Part shown: in pieces, positions 47,061 to 57,108 of the stretch
How the letters are laid out: every line of letters starts with the position of its first letter
Position numbering within the stretch: position 1 is the stretch's first letter
From: an uncultured Gemmatimonadaceae bacterium
GTDB taxonomy: Bacteria > Gemmatimonadota > Gemmatimonadetes > Gemmatimonadales > Gemmatimonadaceae
Reading direction: 5' to 3'
Assembly: GCA_963781585.1 (NCBI GenBank)
Contig: CAWAGQ010000007.1
Location: forward strand, 64,001 to 128,000
DNA length: 64,000 nt
Made by a program: the position numbers and the translations under genes
Notes under the pieces: generated by a model
What the model was told of the DNA's origin: nothing
The model's database searches: none
The model's input: only the letters and a program-made list of their open reading frames with translations

Positions 47061-49313
47061 ATGCGCAAGTCCGCACTCGCCGTCGCCACCGCGATGCTGA
47101 CCCTTGCTCCCGCTTACCCTCGAAGCGCGGATATGGCCCGCTGGGAGCAGCAGGCCGCAAACATCACCATCGTCCGCGATGACTGGGGCATCGCCCACGT
47201 CACCGGCAAAACAGACGCCGACGCGGTCTTCGGCATGGTCTACGCCCAGGCCGAAGACGACTTCAATCGCGTCGAGACCAACTTCATCAACTCGCAGGGC
47301 CGCCTGGCCGAGGCCGAGGGCGAGAGCGCGATCTACCGCGACCTCCGGATGAAACTGTTCATCGATCCGGATTCCATGAAAGCGCTCTACGCCATGAGCC
47401 CGCAGTATCTCAAGACCCTCATGGTCGCGTGGGCCGATGGGCTCAATTTCTACCTCGCCAGGCACCCCGAGGTGAAACCGCGCGTGATCACGAAGTTCGA
47501 GCCGTGGATGGCGCTCACCTTCAGCGAGGGTTCGATCGGCGGCGACATCGAGCGCGTGAACGTGGGGCAGTTGGAAGCCTTCTATGGCAAGGGGCCCGTG
47601 AAGACGTCGGACATGCGGTCGGGCACGGAGTTCACGCGTGCCGCGCTGCGCGCCGACTCGCTTCGTGCCGCGGAAGACGCCAGGGAGAGGGAGCCGTCGG
47701 GCTCCAACGGCATGGCCGTCGCGCCGAAGAACACGACGAAGGGGCGGGCGCTTCTGCTTATCAATCCGCACACGTCGTTCTTTTTCCGCTCGGAGCTCGA
47801 GATGACGAGCGGCGAAGGCCTGCACGCCTACGGCGCCGCCACGTGGGGACAGTTCTTCCTCTACCAGGGCTTCAACGAGCACGTCGGCTGGATGCACACG
47901 TCGAGCGCCGTCGACGCCACCGATGAGTATCTCGAAACGGTCTCGGAAAGGAACGGGCAGTTCTTCTACAAGTTCGGTGACACCGAACGCCCCTTCATCA
48001 CGAAGAAGATCACCGTCCCCTACAAGACGGACGCGGGGATGGCGACGAAGGAGTTCACGGTCTACTACACGCACTTCGGGCCGGTCGTCCGTTCCCAGGA
48101 CGGCAAGTGGGACGCCTATCGCCTGATGCAGGATCCCCTGCACGCGCTGGAGCAGAGCTGGCTGCGCACCAGGGCCGTCAACCTGGCGGAGTACAGGAAG
48201 TACATGGACCTGCATGCCAACTCGTCGAACAACACGCTGTACGCGGACGACCAGGGGAACATCGCCTACTTCCACGCCAACTTCGTCCCGCGCCGCGACA
48301 CGTCGTTCAACTGGCGCCAGCCGGTGGACGGCAGCAATCCGGCCACGGAATGGAAGGGACTCCTCGCGTTCAACCAGGTGCCTAACGCGGTTAATCCGGC
48401 GAGCGGGTGGGTCTACAACTCCAACGACTGGCCGTGGGCCGCGGCCGGGCCGAGCAGCCCCAAGCAGAGCGACTTCCCGAAGTACGTGGACAACGGCGGC
48501 GAGTCGGCGCGCGGGCGCCATGCCGTGATGGTGCTCGAGCACAAGCACGACTTCTCCATCGAAGGCCTGCGCGCCGCGGCGTTCGACACCTATCTCCCCG
48601 GCTTCGACAAGTCGATCCCGAGCCTGATCGCCGCCTGGGACAACGCGCCGACGTCGAACCCGCTAAAAGCAGGGTTGACCGACCAGATTGCCATGCTCAG
48701 GAAGTGGGACCTGCGGTGGGGCGCGTCATCGATCCCGACCGCTGTGGCCATCTACTATGGTACGGAGCTCCAGCGGGCGGGGCGGGGGGCCCGCGGTCGT
48801 GGCGGCGCGCGTGGCGGAGGCGGGGGGGGCGGGGGCGGACGCCGTGGCGGCGGCGCCGGACCGTCGGATGACCAGCAGCTCGAGGCGCTCGATGCCGCAT
48901 GTGAGCGCCTGACGAGTGAGTTCGGAACGTGGAAGACGCCGTGGGGCGACATCAATCGCTTCCAGCGCGTACGCGACGACATCACCGCGACGTTCAACGA
49001 CGACGAGCCGAGCATCCCGGTGGGCTTCCCGTCGGCCACCTGGGGGTCGCTCGCTTCGTTCGGCGCCCGACAATACCCGAATACGAAGAAATGGTATGGG
49101 TCGAGCGGGAACAGCTTCGTCGCGGTGGTGGAGTTCGGGAAGGACAGCGTGCGCGCGATCGCGGTGACGGCCGGCGGCGAAAGCGGCGACCCGGGGTCGA
49201 AGCACTTCAACGACGAGGCACAACGCTACGCCACGGGGAATCTCCGGCCGGTGTATTTCTATCCCAATCAGCTCGTGGGGCACACGGAGCGGACGTACAA
49301 GCCGGGGAGCTGA
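47061..49313 (+). CDS. Penicillin acylase family (Ntn-hydrolase S45) protein
   Basis: AGGAG RBS, signal peptide, RDDWGIAHV, YAQAED, G|SNG beta-chain N-terminal Ser, LINPH, GNSFVAVVEF. Confidence 0.93.
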   Translation: MRKSALAVATAMLTLAPAYPRSADMARWEQQAANITIVRDDWGIAHVTGKTDADAVFGMVYAQAEDDFNRVETNFINSQGRLAEAEGESAIYRDLRMKLFIDPDSMKALYAMSPQYLKTLMVAWADGLNFYLARHPEVKPRVITKFEPWMALTFSEGSIGGDIERVNVGQLEAFYGKGPVKTSDMRSGTEFTRAALRADSLRAAEDAREREPSGSNGMAVAPKNTTKGRALLLINPHTSFFFRSELEMTSGEGLHAYGAATWGQFFLYQGFNEHVGWMHTSSAVDATDEYLETVSERNGQFFYKFGDTERPFITKKITVPYKTDAGMATKEFTVYYTHFGPVVRSQDGKWDAYRLMQDPLHALEQSWLRTRAVNLAEYRKYMDLHANSSNNTLYADDQGNIAYFHANFVPRRDTSFNWRQPVDGSNPATEWKGLLAFNQVPNAVNPASGWVYNSNDWPWAAAGPSSPKQSDFPKYVDNGGESARGRHAVMVLEHKHDFSIEGLRAAAFDTYLPGFDKSIPSLIAAWDNAPTSNPLKAGLTDQIAMLRKWDLRWGASSIPTAVAIYYGTELQRAGRGARGRGGARGGGGGGGGGRRGGGAGPSDDQQLEALDAACERLTSEFGTWKTPWGDINRFQRVRDDITATFNDDEPSIPVGFPSATWGSLASFGARQYPNTKKWYGSSGNSFVAVVEFGKDSVRAIAVTAGGESGDPGSKHFNDEAQRYATGNLRPVYFYPNQLVGHTERTYKPGS

Positions 49314-49453
49314 ACGAACTGTCCGAGCGATGCGCTCGTTGCCGCCAGCTATCGGTGCGGGGACGAGCGCGTTTCTCACGTACGCACTGCGTGCCTCACA
49401 CTCGGGAATCCACACAGAGAACCTCCCCGACCAAGGCGCCCGTCGCCGACGGG

Positions 49454-49482
49454 TTGACCATAGTACGTGACCATGGTAAGCT
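49454..49482 (+). promoter_or_regulatory. Promoter/operator of the TA pair
   Basis: TTGACC-N17-TAAGCT with TG extension; TGACCAT direct repeat (49455, 49468) and ACCATGGT palindrome; ATG only 5 nt after the -10. Confidence 0.7.
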
Positions 49483-49487
49483 TTGAT

Positions 49488-49739
49488 ATGGCTAAACACA
49501 TCGAGCGCATTCCCATCTCGGTATTCAAGGCCAAGAGCCTCGCACTGTTGGAGCGCGTGCGCCGCACTGGCCGGCCGATCATCGTCACCAAGCGAGGCGA
49601 GCCGGTGGCCGAGGTGATCCCGCCTTCGATCGAGACACTCGGCGCTGACTGGATTGGCTCCGCCAGGGGCACGGCGAAGCTTCGTGACAATCTGATCGCC
49701 CCGGCCGGCGATGCCGGTGACTGGGAGGCGCTGGGGTGA
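49488..49739 (+). CDS. Phd/YefM family antitoxin
   Basis: ISVFKAKSLALLERV..PIIVTKRGEPVAEV; GTGA overlap with toxin. Confidence 0.9.
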   Translation: MAKHIERIPISVFKAKSLALLERVRRTGRPIIVTKRGEPVAEVIPPSIETLGADWIGSARGTAKLRDNLIAPAGDAGDWEALG

Positions 49740-50131
49740 ACCTCCTGCTCGACACACACATCTGGATCTGGAGTCTGGTCGATCCCGACCGTCTCGGGCG
49801 CCGCGTGCGGCGTGAGCTGATGTCCTCTTCGAATCAAGTCTGGCTGTCGCCCATCTCGGTCTGGGAAACGATGCTGCTCATCGAGCGCAAGCGAGTCACT
49901 ATCGGCGGCGCACCGGAGGACTGGGTGCAGGAGCGCCTCCGGGCCACGCCCGCTCGCGAAGCGCCACTCACGCACGAGGTGGCGATCCGCAGCCGATCCA
50001 TGCCGCTCGCGCACGCGGATCCGGCCGATCGATTCCTTGCGGCAACAGCGGCGGTGCATGGACTAACGCTCGTCACGGCTGACGAGCGGCTGGTGTCCTG
50101 CAGCGACATCAAGACTCTGCGGAACAGCTGA
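49736..50131 (+). CDS. vapC: VapC PIN-domain toxin
   Basis: LLLDTHIWIW, SPISVWE, HADPADR, LVTAD. Confidence 0.92.
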   Translation: MNLLLDTHIWIWSLVDPDRLGRRVRRELMSSSNQVWLSPISVWETMLLIERKRVTIGGAPEDWVQERLRATPAREAPLTHEVAIRSRSMPLAHADPADRFLAATAAVHGLTLVTADERLVSCSDIKTLRNS

Positions 50132-50289
50132 CGATCGCCGGCAGGCCTTGCCGCGGGCGCCTCGCACGGATGCCTGACCCGATCTACGTCGTGAGGATGG
50201 CCGCGATGCCGGCGTACGTGGAGTCGGTCTTGCGCAAGGCAATTCCTGGTGTGGATCCGTCTCGCCCTGGACGCCACGCGCCACGCCCT

Positions 50290-51221
50290 GGATCGATGTC
50301 GCGGATCTGCAGGACGCAGACGGCCGCATCCTGTTCGGCAAATACGTCGCGCTGATGAGAGTCGGACAGGAGCTGTGCAATGATCCCGCGCTCGCACTGC
50401 ACTTCGGAGAAGCGGTCGATTCCTCCGAGCTTTCGATCGCGCACGCGGTGGGCGGGGCCAGGAACATCGGTGACGCCGTCGCGCAAGCGAATCGGTATGC
50501 ACCCCTCGGCATTGAGGTCGAGGCAGACGGCACGGGCGATCGCTTTCAGCTCCGCCGCGCCACGGGGCAGCTGTGGCTGGTCGATGCTCGCAGGAACCCG
50601 AACGACTTTCCGGAACTCACCGAGTCCGCCTTTGCACGCATGACGTGCACAACGCGCAGGCTGTTAGGCGACAGGCAGGCTTTCGGAGAGGTGCATTTCA
50701 CTCATGCCGAGCCGGCGTACCGCGCCGAGTATGAGCGGATCTTTCGCGCACCGCTGGTATTCGGAAGCCACTGGAACGCCCTGCGGATCGATGAAGCCGT
50801 GCTCTCGAGCTTCCAGTTTCCGTCGTCGCCACAGTACGTGACGAATGTCCTGAGGGCGCACGCAGAGGCCCTCCTCCAGAAGCTGGAGAGCTCACATTCG
50901 ACCCGGAACCGGGTCGAGACCCTGGTGTTGCCACTCCTGCACACCGGGGGCGTGAGAATGGACTCGATCGCCGGCCAGCTCGGACTCAGCCGCCAAACGC
51001 TGTTTCGCATGCTGAGGGTGGAGGGTGTCTCATTCGAAGAGGTTCTGGACGAGCTTCGCCACAGGCTGGCGCTCAACTACCTGAGTGTGCACAAGGTCTC
51101 CGTGAAACAGACGGCAAGGCTGGTTGGGTATTCCGATCCGGCGGCCTTCTCGCGCGCATTCAAGCGGTGGACGGGATCCAGTCCGCGCCTGTATATGTCC
51201 CGCTGTATGTCGTCAGCCTGA
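50290..51221 (+). CDS. AraC family regulator (Arabinose_bd_2 plus HTH), apparently N-terminally truncated
   Basis: DPALALHFG, EYERIFRAPLVF, LGLSRQTLFR, GYSDPAAFSRAFKRWTG; family-like sequence (IDVADLQDADGRI..KYVALM) extends in frame upstream of first ATG 50355 without a start codon. Confidence 0.8.
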
Positions 51222-51346
51222 CGTCCTGCCGGCACGGTGCTGGCGCCGGAGCCGTAGAGTGGCATCGGCAACGCCCGCGATGACACCGTTGTCCAACGGA
51301 TCGCTGCATCGTCCGTGTGCCGGATCAAGCCAACCAGGAGCCCAGC

Positions 51347-53791
51347 GTGGAAGCGTTTCTCCAGGATGTTCGCGTCACGTTGCGCGCTTTCCGCCGCGCG
51401 CCGGCGTTCCCGCTCACGGCCGTCGCCACGCTCGCCCTCGGAATCGGCGCCACCACCGCGATCTTCAGCACCCTCAGCGCCGTCCTCCTCAAGCCGCTCC
51501 CATATCCCGACCCGCAGGATCTCTACAGCCTGCGAACCGCACTCACCGACGGCCGCGTTACCACGGGGCTCCTCTCGGGGGGCGAGATCTTCCGGCTGAA
51601 TGATGGCAATCCGACCATCGAGCGAGCGGCCGCCTTCCAGTCGTTCGACCTCACACTCCTCGCCGACGACGGAACGCCGACGCACGTGCAGGTCAATGCG
51701 GTGACCGAGGGATTCTTCGAGTTGTTCGGGCTGCCGATGACCAAGGGCGGCTTCACGCACGACGACTTCACGCCGTTCCAGCCGCCTCCACCGGGCGCAC
51801 CGCCCCAACCAGGCCCGGTGCCCAAGGTCGTGATCTCCACCCGACTGTGGAAGAACCTTTACCACAGCGACGCGGCCGCGGTCGGCAAGCCGATTCACTT
51901 CGCCGAATTCAACACCACCATCGCCGGCGTCGCGCCGGCCGGCTTCGACATCCCGCACGGCGCTGACATGTGGGCTGCGCAGCGCACGCCCTTCAACGAC
52001 GTGAACCACGGGCAAGACGGGTTCATGCGGCTGCGGCACAACGTGACGATCGAGCGCGCGAAGGGGGAGATGGCCACCGTCATGGGCGGACTGGCCCACG
52101 ACTTCCCCGCGTCGGACCGCAACCGCATCTACGTCCCGCGCCCCCTGGTGGAGTCGATCGTCGGAGACCTGGGACCGATCCTGATCATCGTCATGTCGGC
52201 GACCGGACTGCTGCTCCTGCTGGCGTGCGTGAACGTCGCCAACCTGCTCCTCGCGCGGGGCGCCGAGCGGGCCCGCGAGATGGCCGTGCGGGCCGCGCTT
52301 GGCGCGGGATGGGCTCGTCTGGTGCGACAACTGCTCACGGAGTCGCTCGTGCTGGCCGCTGCCGGGACGGTCCTGGGCCTGGGGCTGGCGGCGGTCGGCC
52401 TCCGCGCGCTGCTCGCCCTCGGCGCGTCGAAACTGCCGCGCCTCGACGACGTGCCGTTCGACGCGAGCGTGCTCCTCTTCTCCCTCGCTGTCCTACTGGT
52501 GACTGGCGCGATCATCGGACTGGCACCGGCTGTCCGACTCCTGCGCAGCGACATGAAAACGCTGATGAACGACAGCAGTCGCTCCGCGAGCGCCGGTCAT
52601 GGCACGACGCGCTGGCTCGGTGCGATGACCGTGGCCGAGGTGGCATTGGCGATCATGCTGCTGGCCGGCGCCGGCTGGCTCGTGCGGGGATTCTCGAATC
52701 TCCGCAATACAGATGCCGGGTTCGTGTCGGATGGGAGGCTGATCTTTGATGTGTCCTTCCTGGGGCCGCGGTACCCATCATCGGACGCCGTGCGCCAGGC
52801 GCAGAGCGACCTCGTGAGCGGCGTGCGCAACGTCAGCGGCGTGACCAATGTGGGACTCGTATCCGCCTACCCGATGCGCGGCACCCTCGAGGGCTCGCTG
52901 CTCGCGCAATTTCACGGCGAACCGTTCGACGCGGCCAATGCGCCCGGGACCCGCCAGCGCTTTGCCGGCCCGGGACTCTTTGCCGCAATGGGCACAAAGA
53001 TCATCCGGGGCCGTGACTTCGGTTCGCAGGACGTCCAGGGCGCCGCGCCCGTCGCCATCGTCAATCGTGTCTTCGTGCAGCGGTACCTCAGGGGCCGCGA
53101 TCCGATCGGCGTGCAGTTTTCGGCGGGGTACCCGGCGCCCGATCCGAGGAATGAGGTGACGATTGTCGGCGTGATCGACGACGTGAGGCAGAAATCCCTG
53201 GCCGAGCCGGCCGAGCCGGCGTACTATCTGCCGCTCACGCAGTTCCCGTTCCGCCGCGCAACTGCCGTCGTGTCCGCGTCGCGGGTCGATCCACGCCTCC
53301 TCGAGGGGGCCATTCGCGCGGAAGTGAAGAAGCTTGACCCGGCGATGGCGCTCGACTTCGAGCTCGCATCGGACGTCGTCGGGGACACGCTTCGGAGGCA
53401 GGAGCTGGGGATGACACTGATGCTCATCTTCGGGGGCATGGCGATCGTGCTCGCGGCGGTCGGCATCTACGGGGTGGTGTCGTATGCCGGTTCACTACGG
53501 CGCAACGAAATGGCTACGCGTCTCGCCCTCGGCGCGTCGCCGCGCTCCGTGTTCTGGCTGATCATGAGGCAGGGCGGAATGCTCTCGCTGTTGGGCGCTG
53601 GCATCGGGGTGAGCCTGGCGTATCTGTCCGGTCGGGTTGTTTCCAACCGGGTGTACGCGATCCGAGCGTCGGACCCGCTCATGCTGGCCAGCGCCATTGT
53701 GCTGATCACCCTCATCACGATCGCCGCGACCACGATTCCTGCGGTGCGCGCAGCCCAACTGAATCCGGCGCGAGCGTTGCGGGCTGAGTAG
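51347..53791 (+). CDS. ADOP-family duplicated orphan ABC permease
   Basis: AGGAG RBS plus GTG; QDVRVTLR..LALGIGATTAIFS, LLLLACVNVANLLL, EMATRLALGA. Confidence 0.93.
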   Translation: MEAFLQDVRVTLRAFRRAPAFPLTAVATLALGIGATTAIFSTLSAVLLKPLPYPDPQDLYSLRTALTDGRVTTGLLSGGEIFRLNDGNPTIERAAAFQSFDLTLLADDGTPTHVQVNAVTEGFFELFGLPMTKGGFTHDDFTPFQPPPPGAPPQPGPVPKVVISTRLWKNLYHSDAAAVGKPIHFAEFNTTIAGVAPAGFDIPHGADMWAAQRTPFNDVNHGQDGFMRLRHNVTIERAKGEMATVMGGLAHDFPASDRNRIYVPRPLVESIVGDLGPILIIVMSATGLLLLLACVNVANLLLARGAERAREMAVRAALGAGWARLVRQLLTESLVLAAAGTVLGLGLAAVGLRALLALGASKLPRLDDVPFDASVLLFSLAVLLVTGAIIGLAPAVRLLRSDMKTLMNDSSRSASAGHGTTRWLGAMTVAEVALAIMLLAGAGWLVRGFSNLRNTDAGFVSDGRLIFDVSFLGPRYPSSDAVRQAQSDLVSGVRNVSGVTNVGLVSAYPMRGTLEGSLLAQFHGEPFDAANAPGTRQRFAGPGLFAAMGTKIIRGRDFGSQDVQGAAPVAIVNRVFVQRYLRGRDPIGVQFSAGYPAPDPRNEVTIVGVIDDVRQKSLAEPAEPAYYLPLTQFPFRRATAVVSASRVDPRLLEGAIRAEVKKLDPAMALDFELASDVVGDTLRRQELGMTLMLIFGGMAIVLAAVGIYGVVSYAGSLRRNEMATRLALGASPRSVFWLIMRQGGMLSLLGAGIGVSLAYLSGRVVSNRVYAIRASDPLMLASAIVLITLITIAATTIPAVRAAQLNPARALRAE

Positions 53792-53845
53792 GCGCGGTGC
53801 CGTCCCGCACGCCGACTGAAGTCGCCAGCCTGAGCCACCTTCTAC

Positions 53846-53882
53846 ATATGCCTTGACACGCATATGCACCATGGCGTATACT
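53846..53882 (+). promoter_or_regulatory. Promoter and operator of the ArsR operon
   Basis: TTGACA (53853)-N18-TATACT (53877), ATG 6 nt later; ATATGC-N8-GCATAT palindrome over the -35. Confidence 0.8.
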
Positions 53883-53888
53883 AGGACC

Positions 53889-54272
53889 ATGGAATCTGCC
53901 TTCGCAATCATTGCCGAGCCGAACCGCCGCGCGATTCTGAGCCTTCTGGTCTCGTCAGAGCAGTCGGTTGGAGCGATCGAGCGTCAGCTGCGCATGCCGC
54001 AGCCGACGGTGTCAAAGCACCTGCGGGTGCTGCGCGAGGCGGGCTTCGTGGAATCCACCGTGGACGCACAGCGCCGTCTCTACCGGCTGAAGCCGGAACC
54101 GCTTCAGGAGATCGATGCCTGGCTGGCTCCGTTCCGCCGGTTCTGGTCCGCTCACGTGGATGCTCTCGAACGCCACCTCGACCGCATCGATCAATCAACG
54201 CCAGCGAAGCAGAAGGCGAGGGGAGCACGGCGCGGCTCGGCCGGCGCGCGTGACAAAGGAGGAACGAAATGA
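53889..54272 (+). CDS. ArsR/SmtB family regulator
   Basis: AEPNRRAIL, QPTVSKHLRVLREAG. Confidence 0.93.
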   Translation: MESAFAIIAEPNRRAILSLLVSSEQSVGAIERQLRMPQPTVSKHLRVLREAGFVESTVDAQRRLYRLKPEPLQEIDAWLAPFRRFWSAHVDALERHLDRIDQSTPAKQKARGARRGSAGARDKGGTK

Positions 54273-54649
54273 AACGGATGCGTTGGACCGGCTGGCTGCT
54301 TTCCTTTTTCCCGGTCGCGGTGTTGCTGAGCAGCGCCTGGGTCAGGGTGACCCACCACGTCAATGCGGTCGCCGAAATCGTCACGGGGTACGGATTCCCG
54401 GAATCGGCCATCACGCGTATTGTCATTGCCGAATGCGCCCTGGTGGTGCTCTACCTCGTTCCGCAGACGTCGGTCCTCGCCACGATCGTGATGACCGGCT
54501 ATCTCGGCGGGGCGATTGCCACGCACTTGCGGATCGCGGACTCCGCGCGCGCGATGATTCCGCTGGTCGCCGGAATCCTGGCCTGGGGCGGCCTCTATTT
54601 GCGCGACGGCCGCATCCGCGAGCTGATTCCCCTCAGACGGTCGGCCTGA
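54269..54649 (+). CDS. DoxX-like membrane protein
   Basis: LYLVPQTSVL..TGYLGGAIATH..WGGLYLRD; ATGA overlap with ArsR. Confidence 0.85.
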   Translation: MKRMRWTGWLLSFFPVAVLLSSAWVRVTHHVNAVAEIVTGYGFPESAITRIVIAECALVVLYLVPQTSVLATIVMTGYLGGAIATHLRIADSARAMIPLVAGILAWGGLYLRDGRIRELIPLRRSA

Positions 54650-54703
54650 CGTCAGCCTGAACCCTCAATCAACGCCAACGACAGAGAAGGCAAGGAGAAC
54701 GAG

Positions 54704-55270
54704 ATGACCGCTCGCGAGCAGTACGTACCGGGTCCGGCCAGCGGGGCGCAGGTACAAAAGGACGGAGACAAGTGGACGCTCGTTCTCGTCAGGCAGCTGC
54801 GGCACTCGCCGGACAAAGTCTGGCAGGCGCTGATCGACCCGGCGCAGCTGCGCGAGTGGGCGCCGTTCGACGCCGATGGGAGCCTGGGATCGGTTGGAAG
54901 CACGGTGAAGCTCACCACGGTGGGAGCGCCCTCGCCGCGTGTTACCGAAACAACCGTCACGCGAGCCGACGCTCCCAGCCTGCTGGAATACAAGTGGGGC
55001 GGCTTCGACATGCGGTGGCAACTCGAAGCCGCTGGTGGGGGAACGCGCCTGACGTTGTGGACCAACATCGCCCGCAATTTCATCTCGATGGGCGCTGCGG
55101 GCTGGCACATCTGCTTCGATGTGCTCGATCGGCTTCTTGCCGGTCAGCCGATTGGGCGCATCGTCGGCCCGGAGGCCATGAAGTTCGACGGCTGGCAGCG
55201 ATTGAACGCCGAGTACGCAAAGCAGTTCGGCGTTGAGATCCCGGGTTGGGCCCCTCGCCCAGGACCTTGA
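54704..55270 (+). CDS. SRPBCC/AHSA1 family protein
   Basis: RHSPDKVWQALIDP..WAP, GAAGWH..D. Confidence 0.9.
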   Translation: MTAREQYVPGPASGAQVQKDGDKWTLVLVRQLRHSPDKVWQALIDPAQLREWAPFDADGSLGSVGSTVKLTTVGAPSPRVTETTVTRADAPSLLEYKWGGFDMRWQLEAAGGGTRLTLWTNIARNFISMGAAGWHICFDVLDRLLAGQPIGRIVGPEAMKFDGWQRLNAEYAKQFGVEIPGWAPRPGP

Positions 55271-55365
55271 CCTTGCCCGGACCAGAGGAATGGTCGGCGG
55301 GCGCCTGACGGGACGACCAGGTGAAACTTTTTCCGGTGTGAGGCGGCGAAGGTAGACGACGCGCC

Positions 55366-55782
55366 CTAGGACTTCGCCCTCTTCGAGCGTTTCGACTTGC
55401 CGGCGCTGTTGAGGGCGACCGCCTGGCGAACGAGCGTCTTGAAGGCGGACTCGTCGACTTGTTCCCGTTCGTGGATGTCGATCGCGCGGCGGGTGTTTCC
55501 CTCGAGACTCGAGTTGAAGAGACGGGCCGGGTCCTTCAGTGACGCGCCCCGGGCGAAGGTGAGCTTGACGACATCCCGGTAGGATTCGCCAGTGCAGATG
55601 ATACCGTCGTGCGACCAGACCGGATTCATCCACTTCCACTCCTCGACGACATCCCGGTCAGCTGCCTTGATGAGCCTGCGCATTCTGCTCAGGGTTTCCC
55701 CGCGCCAGTCCCCGAGTTCAGCGATTCTTTTCGTGATGAGCTCCGATGCCGACCGGCTTTGGCTCGCGCCTGACTTTTTCAT
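55366..55782 (-). CDS. DUF1801 (YdhG-like) protein
   Basis: [42 protein letters not shown]. Confidence 0.9.
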   Translation of the reverse strand: MKKSGASQSRSASELITKRIAELGDWRGETLSRMRRLIKAADRDVVEEWKWMNPVWSHDGIICTGESYRDVVKLTFARGASLKDPARLFNSSLEGNTRRAIDIHEREQVDESAFKTLVRQAVALNSAGKSKRSKRAKS

Positions 55783-55884
55783 GTTCTCATCCTGACGCGC
55801 TGATCCGCGGGAGCGCGAGGATCCGACAGGACCTCGTCAATGAAGGGCACTTCTCTGGAAACCCACCGTCGCGACCGCGACCGG

Positions 55885-57042
55885 CTACTTCCCGATCATG
55901 AGGATGGTGAACGATCCGGGGATCGGCGGTGCGAAACCGCCCCGGCCCCCGCGCCCGGGCTGCGGCGGCGGCGCCGGCCCGCGCTCGACACTCATTACGA
56001 AGATGTGCCCCGTCTTCGTATCGAGGGTGAGCGTGCGCGCGCCATTCATCGTCTCGAGGTTCTGCTCGACCTCGAAGCTGGTCGGGCTCTTTTCCTTCAC
56101 GACCGTCAGCGTGCCGTTGCTGTGCGAGCTGAAGGCCTCCATGGTCACGGGATTGAAGACCGCGCCGTCGGAGCCTCCGGCGAGGGGCAGCGTGGTGATG
56201 ACCTTGCCGTCCTTCGCGCTCAGGATCACCATCGCCGGCTGCGATGGCTGTCCCGGCGTCCGCTGCTGCGCGCAGGCGGCGAACAGGATCTGGTTCTTCA
56301 CGTCGAGGGCGAGGCCGTTGCAGCGCCCGATGTCGCCGAAGGGGTAGTGCGCGGTCGTCTTCATCGCCTTCTCATCCACGACCGCGACGCTGCCGGCTGA
56401 GTCCTGCATCACGACGTACAGGGTACCCTTGCCGTTCGAGACGCTCTCCTCCGGGACTCCGCCGAGGTCGATCTTGCCGAGCACCTTGCCGTCCTGTGAG
56501 TCGAGAACGAGAAGATCCCGCGTGGGGTGACTTCCGATGTAGACCCGGTCGTTGGTCGGGTCGAAGTAGATGCCGTCGGGACTGAAGCGGGGGTTCGGCG
56601 CCTCGATTCCCTCGTTCGCCGGGATCGTCTTCATCAGCTGCATGGACTTCGTGTCGAACATCGAGGGGTCGGGGTGGCTGCTGGCGAAGCCGTGTCCCGT
56701 CTTCGCGTCCACGACGGCGCCGTTGCCGCCACCGTTGACGATCTCGCCGAGCGGTTTCAGGGTCTCGAGGTCGAAGATGGTGACGCGGCCCGGAACCGAG
56801 TCGCGCGCGGGCGTGCTGTCCGTGGCGGCCAGCGCACGTACCGCACCGCGCGTGATGTACAGCCGGCGATCGATCGAGTTCGCGTAGATGTAGTCCGTTC
56901 CGCCCTCGCCGCCGACGCGCGCGCGCATGAGCACCTTGTAGGGGCCGTCGGTGCCGGGCTGCTGGGCCGGGGTGGTGTGTGCGGTCGTCGCCGTGGCGAC
57001 ACCCGCGAACAGCAGGACGTGGGGGAAGGTGATGCGCGTCAT
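55885..57042 (-). CDS. Secreted YncE-family beta-propeller
   Basis: Signal peptide, GGEGGTDY, PDGIYFDP, GSDGAVF, GARTLTLD, PGSFTIL. Confidence 0.85.
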   Translation of the reverse strand: MTRITFPHVLLFAGVATATTAHTTPAQQPGTDGPYKVLMRARVGGEGGTDYIYANSIDRRLYITRGAVRALAATDSTPARDSVPGRVTIFDLETLKPLGEIVNGGGNGAVVDAKTGHGFASSHPDPSMFDTKSMQLMKTIPANEGIEAPNPRFSPDGIYFDPTNDRVYIGSHPTRDLLVLDSQDGKVLGKIDLGGVPEESVSNGKGTLYVVMQDSAGSVAVVDEKAMKTTAHYPFGDIGRCNGLALDVKNQILFAACAQQRTPGQPSQPAMVILSAKDGKVITTLPLAGGSDGAVFNPVTMEAFSSHSNGTLTVVKEKSPTSFEVEQNLETMNGARTLTLDTKTGHIFVMSVERGPAPPPQPGRGGRGGFAPPIPGSFTILMIGK

Positions 57043-57108
57043 GAATGTCTCCAGGGAATCGGATGCCGCAGCGGCGACGCTGTGATATGGTGGCTCGGTT
57101 TCATGGCG

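Noticed and set aside
12882..49313. Beta-lactam pathway from the CefD-like enzyme, BlaI/M56 and penicillin acylase
   Set aside because: The genes are tens of kb apart, belong to broad families, and no beta-lactamase or ACV synthetase/IPNS is present.
55285..55350. GCCTCAC...GTCAGGC after DUF1801 as an attC
   Set aside because: Both cores break the invariant AAC/GTT triplet and there is no internal symmetry.
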